This document shows, piece by piece, positions 51,238 through 64,000 of a DNA stretch of 64,000 nucleotides (positions within the stretch are counted from its first letter, which is position 1; the number at the start of each line of letters is the position of its first letter). The position numbers and the translations under genes were made by a program. The DNA lies in the NCBI GenBank assembly GCA_963765945.1, contig CAVXYS010000013.1, forward strand, positions 60,939 to 124,938. Direction: 5' to 3'. The notes beneath the pieces are model-generated. The model was not told the DNA's origin, ran no database searches, and was given only the letters and a program-made list of their open reading frames with translations. Source of the DNA: an uncultured Alphaproteobacteria bacterium (lineage in GTDB: Bacteria; Pseudomonadota; Alphaproteobacteria; Sphingomonadales; Sphingomonadaceae).

Positions 51238-53239
51238 ATGCAGCCGACCCAACGCCGCCTCGCCAACGCGATCCGCGCTCTCGCGATGGACGCGGTGGAG
51301 GCCGCCAACAGCGGCCATCCCGGAATGCCGATGGGCATGGCCGACGCGGCGACCGCCTTGTTCACCAAGCATCTGAAGTTCGACCCGTCCGACCCGCACT
51401 GGCCGGACCGCGACCGGTTCATGCTGTCGGCCGGCCATGGCTCGATGCTGATCTACGCCTTGCTCTATTTGACCGGCTACGAGCGGCCGACGCTGGACGA
51501 CATCAAGCGCTTCCGCCAGCTCGGCTCGCCGACCGCCGGCCATCCCGAGAATTTCGAGCTTCCCGGGGTCGAGGTCACCACCGGCCCGCTCGGGCAGGGC
51601 GTGGCGATGGCGGTCGGAATGGCGATCGCCGAGCGCCATCTGAACGCGGTCTACGGCGACGAGCTGGTCGACCACCGCACCTTCGTCATCGCCGGCGACG
51701 GCGACCTAATGGAGGGCGTCAACCATGAGGCCGTCGGCCTCGCCGGCCATTTGAAGCTGGGCCGGCTGATCGTCCTGTGGGACGACAACAACATCACCAT
51801 CGACGGCTCGACCGACCTGTCGCGCAACGAAGACGTGGTCGCGCGGCATCCAGGCGGCCAAGTGGCACACGATCGAGTGCGACGGGCTCGACGCCGGCAA
51901 GGTCAGCAGGGCGATCGAGAAGGCGATCGCAGACGCGCGGCCGAGCCTGATCCGCTGCAAGACGATCATCGGCTTCGGCGCGCCCAACAAGCAGGGCACG
52001 GCGGCGACCCACGGCGCGGCGCTGGGCGCGGAGGAAGTCGCCGCGGCGCGCAGGTCGAACTGGACTGGGACCTGCCGCGCGTTCGAGGTTCCCGACGACG
52101 TCCTCACCGCCTGGCGCACGGCGGGCAAGCGCGGCTCGCTCGATCATGCGCAGTGGCAGGACCGGCTCGAACGGAGCGGCCGCAAGGACGAGTTCCTCGC
52201 CCGGCATGACCGGCAAGGTCAGCGATGCGCTGGCTGAAGCCCTATCTCGACAAATTGCTCGCCGACCTGAAGCCGGTCGCGACGCGCAAGGCGTCGGAAA
52301 TGGCGCTCGAGGCGATCAACGCGGCGATTCCCGCGACGATCGGCGGGTCGGCCGACCTGACCGGCTCCAACAACACCAAGACCAAGGCGCTGGAGCCGCT
52401 TACGGCCGACAATTACGGCGGCCGCTACATCTATTACGGCATCCGCGAGTTCGGCATGGCCGCGGCGATGAACGGCATGGCGCTGCACGGCGGGATCATT
52501 CCCTACGGCGGCACCTTCCTGGTGTTCACCGATTACGCCCGGCCGGCGATCCGCCTGTCGCGCGCTGCAGAAGGCCAAGGTCATCTACGTCATGACCCAC
52601 GATTTCGATCGGGCTCGGCGAGGACGGGCCGACCCACCAGCCGATCGAGCATCTGCAGAGCCTGCGCGCGATGCCGCAGATCGACGGTGTACCGGCCGGC
52701 CGACGCGGTCGAGACGGCGGAATGCTGGGCGCTGGCGCTGCACAGCGACGAGCCGGCGATCCTCGCGCTGACCCGCCAGAACCTGCCGCCGGTGCGGACC
52801 AAGGCGTCGGCCGAGAACCTTTGCGCGCGCGGCGCCTATCGCCTCAAGCGGCGCGGAGAACCGCCCGCAAGGTGATCTTCCTCGCCACCGGGTCCGAGGT
52901 CGAGATCGCGCTCGCCGCCGCCGGCGAAGCTTGAAGCAGCAGGGGATCGGCGCCGACGTGGTGTCCATGCCCTGCACCGAGCGCTTCGACGCCCAGCCCG
53001 GCGACTATCGCGAGGACATCCTGCCCGACGTCAGCAACCGCGAGATCCTGCGCGTGTCGATCGAGGCCGGGCACGACCTTCGGCTGGGAGCGCTACACCG
53101 GGCTTGCACGGCCTCCGGATCGGGATCGACCGCTTCGGCGTCTCGGCGCCCGGCCAAGGACGCCTACGATTATTTCGGCCTGACCCCCGACAAGGTCGCC
53201 GCAGCGCGTCACCGACTTCATGAAGACAAGAGGAATCCA

Positions 53240-53243
<4 letters not shown>
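51238..53243 (+). CDS. tkt: Transketolase (frameshifted)
   Basis: [48 protein letters not shown]. Confidence 0.97.
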
Positions 53244-54251
<1,008 letters not shown>

Positions 54252-54252
54252 A

Positions 54253-55475
54253 GTGGCTGCGTTCAAGACCCTCGACGACCTGCCGGACGATCTGACCGGC
54301 AAGACAGGTGCTGGTCCGCGTCGACCTCAACGTGCCGATGGACGGCGCCAAGGTCACCGACGACACGCGGCTGCGGGCGATGCTGCCGACGGTGCTCGAA
54401 CTGAGCGACCGCGGCGCGATCGTGCTGCTGCTGTCGCATTTCGGCCGGCCCAAGGGCGAGAATCCGGCCCGACATGTCGACCGCGCAGCTGGTGCTGCCG
54501 ATCCACCGCCTCACGGGCCGGTCGGTGCGGTTCATCGAGGATTGCCAGGGCCGCGAGGCCGAGCGGGCGGTCACGACCATGCTGCCCGGCAATATCGGCG
54601 TGCTCGAGAATACGCGCTTCCACCTCGGCGAGGAGAAGAACGACCCCGAGCTGGCGAAGGCGATGGCCGCGCTCGGCGACTTCTACGTCGACGACGCTTT
54701 CTCGACCGCGCACCGCGCGCATGCGTCGACCGAGGGGATCACGCATTTCCTGCCGAGCTTCGCCGGGCGGGCGATGGAGGCCGAGCTCAACGCGCTCGAG
54801 CGGGCGCTCGGCAATCCCGAGCGGCCGGTCGCGGCGGTGGTCGGCGGCGCCAAGGTCTCGACCAAGCTCGCCGTGCTCGGCCACCTCGTCGGCAAGGTCG
54901 ACCATCTGATCATCGGCGGCGGGATGGCCAACACCTTCCTCGCCGCGCGCGGGGTCGATGTCGGCAAGAGCCTCGTGCGAGCATGAGCTGACCGGCGAGG
55001 CCGAACGCGATCTTCGACCGGGCCGACGCAGGCGGGCTGCACGATCCATCTGCCCTACGACGTGGTGGTGGCGAAGGAATTCGCGGCCAACCCGCCGAGC
55101 GTGCGCACCTGCAACGTCCACGAGGTCGCGGCCGACGAGATGATCCTCGACGTCGGCCCGGCCGCGGTCGAGGCGCTGGCCGACGTGCTCAAGACCTGCC
55201 GGACGCTGGTGTGGAACGGGCCGCTCGGCGCGTTCGAAACGCCGCCGTTCGACGCGGCCACGGTCGCGCTGGCGCAGGACCGCCGCGGCGCTGACCAAGG
55301 AGGGCTCGCTGGTGTCCGTGGCGGGCGGCGGGGATACGGTCGCGGCGCTGAACCAGGCCGGCGTCGCCGACGGATTTCACGCTTCGTCTCGACCGCGGGC
55401 GGCGCGTTTCTCGAATGGATGGAAGGGCGGACGCTGCCGGGCGTCGCCGCATTGCAACAGCAGGGAACAGCATGA
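54253..55475 (+). CDS. pgk: Phosphoglycerate kinase (frameshifted)
   Basis: [40 protein letters not shown]. Confidence 0.97.
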
Positions 55476-56376
55476 AGCAGTCGGACATGACCGCGAAGAT
55501 CGAGCAGGGCGACGGCTTCATCGCCGCGCTCGACCAGTCGGGCGGGTCGACGCCCAAGGCGCTCAAGGGCTACGGCGATCGAGGAGGGCGCGTGGTCGAA
55601 CGACGAGGAAATGTTCGGCCTGATCCACCAGATGCGCAGCCGGATCATCCCTCGCCCTGCTTCGGTTCGCGGCAAGGTGATCGGCGCGATCCTGTTCGAG
55701 CGGACGATGGACGGGGACGGTCGACGGCAAGCCGACGCCGCAGGCGCTGATCGACCGGGGCGTCGTGCCGTTCATCAAGATCGACAAGGGGCTGGAGGAC
55801 GAAGCGAACGGCGTCCAGCTGATGAAGCCGATGCCCGAGCTCGACCGGCCTGCTCGAGCGGGCGAAAGCAGCTCGGCGTGTTCGGGACCAAGGAGCGGTC
55901 GGTGATCAACCTCGCCAACCGGGAGGGCATCGCGGCCGTGGTCGCCCAGCAGTTCGAGGTCGCCCGGCAGGTGCTGGCGCACGGCCTGATGCCGATCATC
56001 GAGCCCGAGGTGAACATCAAGAGCCCCGAGCGCGCCGCCGCCGACCGCATGCTGCTCGAGGAGATTCTCGAAGAACCTCGACGGGATTCCGACGGCCAGC
56101 AGGTGATGCTGAAGCTGTCGATCCCGGCCGAGGCCGGGCTGTTCCAGCCGCTGGTCGAGCATCCCAAGGTGCTGCGCGTGGTCGCGCTGTCGGGCGGCTT
56201 CTCGCGCGAGGAGGCGTGCCGCGAGCTGGCGAAGAACCCGGGCATGATCGCGAGCTTCAGCCGCGCGTTGCTTGTCGGACCTTCGCGCCCAGCAGAGCGA
56301 CGAGGAGTTCGACCGCACGCTCGGCACCGCGATCGACGAGATTTACGAGGCGTCCGTCGCCCGGGTTCCGGCCTGA
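55472..56376 (+). CDS. Class I fructose-bisphosphate aldolase (frameshifted)
   Basis: [45 protein letters not shown]. Confidence 0.93.
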
Positions 56377-56378
56377 CC

Positions 56379-57058
56379 TTGGACGAAGCCGAGTTCGACC
56401 CCGTCGACTTCCCGCCGCCGCCGCGGACGGCGCCGGCGAAGCTGTACCTGATCAGCCCGCAGGAGGTCGGCGGCGGGTTCCCGGACCGGCTCAAGGCCGC
56501 GCTCGAGCCGGGGATCGCGCGCGCCTTCCAGCTGCGGGTCAAGGACGTCGCCGAGCATGAGCTGGCGCGGCTGGCCGAGCCGCTGCAGCGCCTGTGCGCC
56601 GACGCCGACGTCGCCTTCATCGTCAACGACAGCATGGCGCTGGCCAAGCGGCTCGGCGCGGACGGAGTGCATCTCGGCCAGAGCGGACGGCGACGTGCGC
56701 GAGGCGCGGGCGCTGCTCGGCCCGCAGGCGCAGATCGGCGCGCACCTGCCACGACAGCCGTCACCTCGCGATGGAGGCGGGCGAGGACGGGTGCCGATTA
56801 TGTCGCGTTCGGGGCATTTTACCCGACGACCACCAAGCCATCGCACTACCGCCCGCCGCCGGCGATCCTCAGCTGGTGGTCGACCATGTTCGAAATCCCT
56901 TGCGTCGCGATCGGCGGGATCACGCCCGACAATGCGCGGCCGCTGGTCAACGCCGGCGCCGACTTCATCGCGGTGTGCCAGGCGGTATGGGGCAAGGACG
57001 ATCCCGGCGGCCGCCGCTGCGGCATTCCAAGACGTGCTCAGCCTCTCCGTCTGCCTGA
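56379..57058 (+). CDS. thiE: Thiamine-phosphate synthase family protein (frameshifted, end approximate)
   Basis: QLRVK, IVND, ADGVHLGQ, DYVAFG, VAIGGIT. Confidence 0.88.
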
Positions 57059-57768
57059 CCATCGACTTCAGCGTCCGCGCGTCCTCGATCGCGTGGCCGT
57101 GGATATCGTTGTTGAAATAGCACCAGACGCTGCGGCCTGCAGCGCACCTGTTCAACGCACCAGTCGGTCCAGTCGAGCAGGGCCTCGTCGCTGTAACGGC
57201 CATGGTATTTCCCGGCGGTGCCGTGGAAGCGGACGTAGGCGGTGCGGCCGCTTGCCCAGCGCGGCGACTTCAGGCCCTTGAGGTCGTGGGTGACGAAGCC
57301 GACGCCGCGCCGGTCGAGCAGGGCGAGGACGTCCTCGTCGTACCAGCTCTTGTGGCGGAACTCGACGACCTGCTCGAGGTCGGCCGGGAGGCGGGCGAGG
57401 AAGGCGTCGAGCCGATCGAGGTCCTTATGGAGGCTCGGCGGCAGCTGATAGAGCAGGGGCCCGAGCCTGTCCCCGAGCGGACGCGCCAAAGCGATGAAGC
57501 GATCGACCTCGGCCTCGCAGTCGAGCAGCTTCTTCATGTGGGTGATGAAGCGGTTCACTTTCACGGCGTAGCGGAAGCCCGGCGGCGCCTTGTCGCGCCA
57601 GCCTTCGAAGGTGGTGGCGAGCGGAACGCGGTAGAAACTGGCGTTGATCTCGACCGTGTCGAACTCTTCCGCATAGCGCTCGAACCACCGCTTTTGCGGA
57701 AGCCCCTCGGGGTAAAACAGCCCGCGCCAGTGCTTGTAGACCCAGCCCGAGCAGCCGACGTGAATCAT
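57038..57768 (-). CDS. DUF72 family protein (frameshifted, end approximate)
   Basis: VGCSGWVY, TVEINASFYR, LYQLPP, VEFRH.SW, YVRFHG, YFNND. Confidence 0.9.
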
Positions 57769-57831
57769 GGGAAACAGTCCTGTCCTGCATCGTTGCAGCT
57801 CGAACAACCGTCGTCCGGGAGAGTTTCGAGG

Positions 57832-58465
57832 ATGGGGAAGATCGCAGCGACCGCACTGTTCAGCGCCGTCTTCACGGCGGTGGTCGTCAGCGCCTTCTGG
57901 ATCTGGTTCTACAATGTCGTCCCGTCGAGCGAGGCGACGGTGGTCCGGTCGGGCAACGTCGTCGCCGTCGAAACGCCCAGGGCGGCCCCGGTGGTGGTTT
58001 CGCAGCAGGTCGTGGTCGGGCCGTCCGGGCTCGCCTTGCCGGTCGTCGGCGTGAAGCCCGAACAACTGACCGACACGTTCACCGAGGCGCGCGGCGAAGG
58101 CCGGCGGCACGACGCGATCGATATCATGGCGGGCGAAGGCACGCCGGTGATCGCGGCGGCCGACGGGACGGTCGAGAAACTGTTCAACAGCGCGCGCGGC
58201 GGGATTACCGATCTACGAGCGCTCGCCCGACCAGCGGTGGGTCTATTATTACGCCCACCTATCGGCCTATGCGCCCGGCCTGCACGAGGGCCAGCAGCTG
58301 AAGCGCGGGCAGGTGATCGCCCAGGTCGGCCATACCGGCGACGCGAGCGCCGCCGGCCCGCACCTGCACTTCGCGGTCAATGCGATGGCGCCCGGCGAGC
58401 GCTGGTGGAACGGCACGCCGATCAATCCCTATCCGCTGCTTGCCGGAAAGGGGGCCGGCGGCTAG
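57832..58465 (+). CDS. M23 peptidase (frameshift near 58210)
   Basis: HDAIDI, YYAHL, HLHF zinc motifs; N-terminal TM. Confidence 0.9.
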
Positions 58466-58528
58466 GGAGCCGCCAAACCGCGGCCAGCCCGCGGCGGCTC
58501 TTTCTTTAGTCTTAGCAGGTAGGCGATC

Positions 58529-59092
58529 ATGAAGATCAGCGGCGTGGACATCCGTCCCGGCAACATCATCGAATATGAAGGCGGCATCTGGCGCGCCGTG
58601 AAGATCCAGCACACCCAGCCGGGCAAGGGCGGCGCCTACATGCAGGTCGAGATGAAGAACCTCATCGACGGCCGCAAGACCAACGTCCGCTTCCGCTCGG
58701 CCGAGACGGTCGAGCGCGTCCGCCTCGACACCAAGGACTTCCAGTTCCTGTTCCACGACGGCGACATGCTGACGTTCATGGACAAGGACAATTACGAGCA
58801 GATCGCGCTTCCGGCGGACCTGCTCGGCGATGCCGGCGACTTCCTCCAGGACGGCATGGACGTCGTGATGGAGCTGTACAACGAGAAGCCGATCTAGGTT
58901 CAGCTGCCCGACCAGGTCGAAGCGACGATCGTCGAGGCCGATGCGGTGGTGAAGGGCCAGACGGCGAGCTCGAGCTACAAGCCCGCGGTACTCGACAACG
59001 GCGTGAAGGTGCTCGTCCCGCCGCACATCACGGCCGGCACGAAGATCGTCGTCGACGTCTACAACCGGGAATATGTGAGGCGGGCGGAGTGA
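58529..59092 (+). CDS. efp: Elongation factor P (in-frame TAG at 58895-58897)
   Basis: QPGKGGA; the same frame continues after the TAG through [13 protein letters not shown] to TGA, 187 codons in total. Confidence 0.96.
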
Positions 59093-59095
59093 CTT

Positions 59096-59213
59096 TTCCC
59101 CCTCTCCCGCGAGCGGGAGAGGGCCGGGGTGAGGGTCTGTCCCTTGCTCAATTCGGACCCTCACCCTCCGCCGCTTCGCGGCTCCTCCCTCTCCCGCGGG
59201 CGGGAGAGGGGAA
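59096..59213. repeat. Family A palindromic repeat between efp and suhB
   Basis: TTCCCC...CTCTCCCGC / GCGGGAGAGGGGAA termini, GGGTGAGGGTC/GACCCTCACCC arms, GCCGCTTCGCGGC hairpin shared with copy 1. Confidence 0.9.
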
Positions 59214-59216
59214 GTA

Positions 59217-60031
59217 ATGGTCGCCCACTCCGGCCTGATCACCGTCATGACCCGCGCCGCGCGCAAGGCGGCGCCGCGGCTGCGGCGCGACTTCGGCGAG
59301 GTCGAGCAGCTCCAGGTCAGCCGCAAGGGCCCCGCCGACTTCGTCTCGATGGCCGACCGGCGCGCCGAGGCGACGATCGTCGAGGAGCTGCGCAACGCGC
59401 GGCCCGACTGGGGCCTGCTGGTCGAGGAAGCGGGCGAGATCGCCGGCAATCCCGACAAGCCGCGGTGGATCGTCGATCCGTTGGACGGCACCACCAACTT
59501 CCTCCACGGCGTGCCGCATTTCGCGATCTCGATCGCGGTCGAGGAGAAGAAGCCGGGCGGCGGGGCCGAGATCAGCCACGCTTTGGTCTACCAGCCGCTG
59601 ACCGACGAGAGCTTCTGGGCGGAGAAGGGCCGCGGCGCCTGGCTGCAGGACGCGCGGCTGCGGGTGTCGGCCCGGCGCGACCTCAACGACAGCCTGATCG
59701 GCACCGGCATCCCGCATCTTGGCCGCGGCGACGCCGCGCGCTGGGCGAAAATCTACGCGGCGGTGGGACCGCAGGTGTCGGGAATCCGCCGGTTCGGCTC
59801 GGCGGCGCTCGACCTCGCGTGGGTCGCCGCGGGGCGGATGGACGGCTTCTGGGAGGAGGATCTCGACGTCTGGGACACCGCCGCCGGGATGCTCCTGGTC
59901 AAGGAAGCCGGCGGCTTCGTCACCGACTATCGCGGCGTCCGACCGCTCGTTCGAGCGGCGCGAATATGTCGCCGGGGTCGGCGGCCATCCACAGCAAGCT
60001 GCAGAAACTGGTCGCCGGGGCGCTGCGGTGA
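59217..60031 (+). CDS. suhB: Inositol monophosphatase family protein (frameshift near 3' end)
   Basis: WIVDPLDGTTNF, RRFGSAALDL, WDTAAG. Confidence 0.93.
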
Positions 60032-60951
60032 TCCTCGCGGCGATCGCAGCCGCCGCTGCCGTCGCCCAGCCGCAGGTCGCGGTCACCGTTCCGCCGCAGC
60101 ACCAGCTGGTCGAGGGCGTCGCGACCGACGGCTCGGCGATCTACGTGTCGAGCGTCCTCGACCGCCAGATCCTCGCCTGCGGAAAGACCTGCCGGACGAT
60201 CGCGACGCTTCCGCCAGGTCTGCACGCGCTGGGCATCGCGTTCGACTGGGGCCGAGGGCTGCTGTGGATCGCGGCGGACTGTCCCGACGTGGCGGGGATC
60301 GCGAAGTGCGAGCGGGGCGCGCTGGTCGCGATCAACCGCGAGGGTCGGGTGCGCGGCCGCTGGGCGCCGCCGAAGATGCCGTTCCACCCCGGCGACGTCA
60401 CCGCCACCCAGAGCGGCATCTTCGTCAGCGACAGCCAGAGCGGCCTGGTGTGGGCGCTGCTGCCGCGCCGGCCCGGGCTGCGCGCCGTCAACCGGCCGGG
60501 CGACGGCAAGAGCGCGCAGGGCACCGCGCTCGCGCCCAACGGACTGGAACTGATCGTCGCCGATTATGAGCGTGGGATCGGCCGCATCGACCTCAAGACG
60601 ACGGCGACGACCTGGCTTCCCCGGCAGGACGGCAAGCCGTCGGTCGGGATCGACGGGTTGGTCCGCTGCGGCGACAGCTTCCTCGGGGTCTATAACGGCG
60701 GCGCGGCGCCGGCCCGGATCTGGCGCATCCGCATGCGCCCGGGCGGCATCCAGCGCGACGAGCTGGTCGACGGGCTGACGCTCACCGACCCGACCCAGCT
60801 GGCGTTCGACGGCAAGCGCCTGCTGCTCGTTGCGGATTCGGGCTGGGAGCGCATCGGCAAAGGCGAGACGGCGCGGCGCACGGGTGCGCAGATCCTCGCC
60901 ATCCCGATGACCCGCACGTGCCTTCCGATGGTCGCGGGCGCGCTCCGCTAG
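60028..60951 (+). CDS. Secreted beta-propeller protein (SMP-30/gluconolactonase-like)
   Basis: Signal peptide, EGVA, FVSDS, VADY, GIDGL, DPT blade motifs; GTGA overlap. Confidence 0.65.
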   Translation: MILAAIAAAAAVAQPQVAVTVPPQHQLVEGVATDGSAIYVSSVLDRQILACGKTCRTIATLPPGLHALGIAFDWGRGLLWIAADCPDVAGIAKCERGALVAINREGRVRGRWAPPKMPFHPGDVTATQSGIFVSDSQSGLVWALLPRRPGLRAVNRPGDGKSAQGTALAPNGLELIVADYERGIGRIDLKTTATTWLPRQDGKPSVGIDGLVRCGDSFLGVYNGGAAPARIWRIRMRPGGIQRDELVDGLTLTDPTQLAFDGKRLLLVADSGWERIGKGETARRTGAQILAIPMTRTCLPMVAGALR

Positions 60952-61424
60952 TCGCGGTAGCCGATGTGCTTCTCGAACCGGCCCAGCGCGCTGGTCCAGA
61001 ATTCGAGATTGTCGATGAACAGCAACGGGCTCAACCCGCCGTCGTCGAGGTCGACGTCCATCTCGAGGATCGGGTCGTTCTCCTTGTCGAGATGGGCGCT
61101 GCCGAAGCGCTGGGTGCGGTTCCACTCGTTGATCGATTCCAGCGAGGGCGCGGTCTTCAGGTCGTAGCCGACGTGGAACTGGACGGTCGCGCATTCGCGA
61201 TGGTTGGTGCAATTGTAGAACAGCACCTGGAAGTTGGTGCCGCCGGCCGCGCTGCAAATCATCGGGTCGCCGGTCTGGTCGGCGGTCAGCTGGGCGGTGT
61301 AGCCGTTCGCCTGCATCGCTTTGACCAGCGACTGCGGGTCCTGGGCCCGGACCAGTTGTTGCGCCCCGGCCGAGGACGCGGCGGAAACCAGCGCGAGCAG
61401 CGCAATCGATCCAAGCAAGCGCAT
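60948..61424 (-). CDS. YbjN-domain protein with signal peptide
   Basis: GDPMI, C....C pair, INEWNR..RF. Confidence 0.8.
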   Translation of the reverse strand: MRLLGSIALLALVSAASSAGAQQLVRAQDPQSLVKAMQANGYTAQLTADQTGDPMICSAAGGTNFQVLFYNCTNHRECATVQFHVGYDLKTAPSLESINEWNRTQRFGSAHLDKENDPILEMDVDLDDGGLSPLLFIDNLEFWTSALGRFEKHIGYRD

Positions 61425-61555
61425 TTGGAAGTTCCCCCGATCGGCCGGTGAAGCTGTCGGCGCGGCGGCCAGCTGTCAATGGCGTTTTGGGATGGTTGCC
61501 CGCTGCAGTTCGCTGGCCTAAAGCCGCCGCACATTCGAGCCCCCGGAGTTTCCCC

Positions 61556-61933
61556 TTGGCAAGCGTTGCCGCCGGCTACCTGCCGATCCTGCTGTTCCTG
61601 ATCATCGCCCTCGGCCTGTCCGCGGGTTTCGTCGTGCTGCCGATGGTGGTTTCGCGCCTGACCGGGGCGCACAAGCCCGACGCCGCCAAGCTTAGCGAAT
61701 ATGAGTGCGGCTTCCCCGCCTTCGACGACGCCCGGGCCGAGTTCGACGTGCGCTTCTACCTGGTCGCGATCCTGTTCATCGTGTTCGACCTCGAGGCCGC
61801 GTTCCTGTTCCCGTGGGCGGTCAGCCTCGAGTTCACGCGCTGGACCGGCTGGGCGGCGATGGTCATCTTCCTGATCGAGCTCGCGCTCGGCCTCGCCTAC
61901 GCGTGGAAGAAGGGAGCGCTCGAATGGGAGTGA
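61556..61933 (+). CDS. nuoA: NADH-quinone oxidoreductase subunit A
   Basis: [32 protein letters not shown]. Confidence 0.97.
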   Translation: MASVAAGYLPILLFLIIALGLSAGFVVLPMVVSRLTGAHKPDAAKLSEYECGFPAFDDARAEFDVRFYLVAILFIVFDLEAAFLFPWAVSLEFTRWTGWAAMVIFLIELALGLAYAWKKGALEWE

Positions 61934-62505
61934 TGCTCCGCCCCGACGAAGACCCGATGCCGAGCGAGGAGGAGCTGGCGCGGCTCGCCGGCCTCGTCCC
62001 GGGCGACATCGACCGCAAGCATCTCGAGGAGCTCCGCCGCAACCTCGACGAGAAGGGCTTCATGGTCACCACGACCGAGGACTTGTTCACCTGGGCGCGC
62101 ACCGGCTCCTTGTGGTGGATGACCTTCGGGCTCGCCTGCTGCGCGGTCGAGATGATCCACGTCAACATGCCGCGCTACGACCTCGAGCGGTTCGGCGTGG
62201 CGCCGCGCGCCAGCCCGCGCCAGTCGGACGTGATGGTCGTCGCCGGGACGCTGTGCAACAAGATGGCCGCGCCCCTGCGCCGGGTCTACGACCAGATGAG
62301 CGAGCCGCGCTACGTCATCTCGATGGGCAGCTGCGCCAACGGCGGCGGTTATTACCACTACAGCTACTCGGTGGTCCGCGGCTGCGACCGGATCGTGCCG
62401 GTCGACATCTACGTGCCCGGCTGCCCGCCGACCGCGGAGGCTTTGCTCTACGGGATCCTCCAGCTGCAGCGGAAGATCCGCCGCGAAGGGACGATCGAGC
62501 GGTGA
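61924..62505 (+). CDS. nuoB: NADH-quinone oxidoreductase subunit B
   Basis: [30 protein letters not shown]. Confidence 0.98.
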   Translation: MGVMLRPDEDPMPSEEELARLAGLVPGDIDRKHLEELRRNLDEKGFMVTTTEDLFTWARTGSLWWMTFGLACCAVEMIHVNMPRYDLERFGVAPRASPRQSDVMVVAGTLCNKMAAPLRRVYDQMSEPRYVISMGSCANGGGYYHYSYSVVRGCDRIVPVDIYVPGCPPTAEALLYGILQLQRKIRREGTIER

Positions 62506-63249
62506 GCGGTCGCGCTGCACGTTCCCCGTTACGCCGACGCTCCTGCATCGCTCGGCAAGCTTGCCAACGCGCGGCCGCGCCCAGGCCTCGAGACCGCGTT
62601 CGACGTCGCGCGCGACGATCTCCTCGCCGTGCTCACGGCGCTGCGCGACGAGCATGAATATCAGCAGCTGATGGAAATCGCCGGGGTCGACTATCCTGAT
62701 CGGGCCGAGCGCTTCGAGGTGGTCTACTGCCTGCTGTCGCTGACCAGGAACCATCGCGTGCGGGTGCATGTCGCAACCGACGAGGCGACGCCGGTGCCGA
62801 GCGTGACTTCGCTGTGGCCGGTCGCCGGCTGGCTCGAGCGCGAGGTGTTCGACATGTACGGGGTCGGCTTCTCCGGCAATCCGGACCTGCGCCGGATCCT
62901 CACCGACTATGGGTTCGAGGGCCATCCGCAGCGCAAGGACTTCCCGCTGACCGGCCATGTCGAATTGCGCTACTCGGAAGCCGAAAAACGCGTGGTCTAC
63001 GAGCCGGTCCAGCTGCCGCAGGATTTTCGGACGTTCGACTTCCTGATGCCGTGGGAAGGGCCGGACTATGTCCTTCCCGGCGATGAGAAAGCCGCCGCTC
63101 CGCCGCCGACTCCCCAGACGACCGACAAGCCGTCGGACACCGGCGCGGGCAAGCCGGCCGACGCCCAGGCGACCAAGGACGCGCGCAAGCCGCGCGCCGC
63201 GAAGGCGAAGAGCGTGGTGACCAAGCGGTCGCCTAGGAAGAAGCCGTGA
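62502..63249 (+). CDS. nuoC: NADH-quinone oxidoreductase subunit C (5' frameshifted)
   Basis: [32 protein letters not shown]. Confidence 0.96.
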
Positions 63250-64000
63250 CCGACGTCCGCACCAAGCCGCGCAGGGTCGAGGTCAGCGTCGGCGCCGGCG
63301 GGGGCGGGCCCGATGTCGCCGAGCCGCTCGGCCATCCGCGCGATCCGGGCGACGAGGCGATCGGCAATTACACGATCAATTACGGCCCGCAGCATCCGGC
63401 GGCGCACGGCGTGCTGCGGCTGATCATGGAGCTCGACGGCGAAATCGTCGAGCGCGTCGACCCGCACATCGGCCTGCTCCACCGCGGCACCGAGAAATTG
63501 ATCGAGTACAAGACCTACGCCCAGGCGCTGCCCTATTTCGACCGGCTCGATTACTGCTCGCCGATGTGCATGGAGCACACGTTCGTGCTTGCCATCGAGA
63601 AACTGATGGGGCTCGAGATCCCGCTGCGCGCCCAGTACATCCGGGTGCTGATGGCGGAGCTGACCCGCATCTCCAACCATCTGCTGCAGATTGGCAGCCA
63701 CATCATGGACAATGGGGCGATGACCCCGAACCTGTGGCTGTTCGAGGTGCGCGAGGACACGCTGCAATTCTACGAGCGGGCGTCGGGCGCGCGGATGCAC
63801 GCCAATTATTTCCGCGCCGGGGGCGTGCGCTACGACCTGCCCGACAAATTGCTGTCCGACATGGGCGACTGGCTCGACCACCGGCTGCAATTGTTCGAGG
63901 ACGCGATCAGCCTCGTCACCGACAACCGCATCTTCAAGCAGCGCAACGTCGACATCGGCAAGGTCGCGAAAGACGACGCGATCGCCTGGGGCTTCTCCGG
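63246..64000 (+). CDS. nuoD: NADH-quinone oxidoreductase subunit D, 5' part
   Basis: [29 protein letters not shown]; runs off the window. Confidence 0.97.
   Translation, partial: MTDVRTKPRRVEVSVGAGGGGPDVAEPLGHPRDPGDEAIGNYTINYGPQHPAAHGVLRLIMELDGEIVERVDPHIGLLHRGTEKLIEYKTYAQALPYFDRLDYCSPMCMEHTFVLAIEKLMGLEIPLRAQYIRVLMAELTRISNHLLQIGSHIMDNGAMTPNLWLFEVREDTLQFYERASGARMHANYFRAGGVRYDLPDKLLSDMGDWLDHRLQLFEDAISLVTDNRIFKQRNVDIGKVAKDDAIAWGFS

Overview
High-GC alphaproteobacterial chromosomal segment, most consistent with Sphingomonadaceae (inferred from gene content and order). It is mostly core genome: hemF, petABC, ychF-pth-rplY, glyQS, a Tad/Cpa pilus cluster, ispH-rnhA, a glycine-riboswitch gcv operon, tRNA-Asp, 6S RNA-zapA, tkt-gap-pgk-fba-thiE, efp-suhB and nuoABCD. 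Many essential genes carry single-base frameshifts, which I read as long-read or low-coverage consensus errors and not as pseudogenes; coordinates of those genes are approximate. I found no transposase, integrase, prophage, CRISPR array or defence system, and no new biological system is proven by the sequence alone. The most unusual structure is a set of about 12 short palindromic repeats in two families (C-rich/G-rich ended, and CGTC-ended). They carry GNA-triloop hairpins with compensatory stem changes, sit at gene junctions, appear to supply Shine-Dalgarno sequences or stop codons, and are translated inside glyQ, glyS and gcvPB. Other leads: a Tyr/Gly-repeat lipoprotein near a TPR-sulfotransferase and a Cys-rich TonB-dependent receptor; an LGFP-repeat gene with a CtrA-type box at the 3' end of ychF; two methyltransferases coupled into the gcv operon; and an extra structured domain 5' of the glycine riboswitch.
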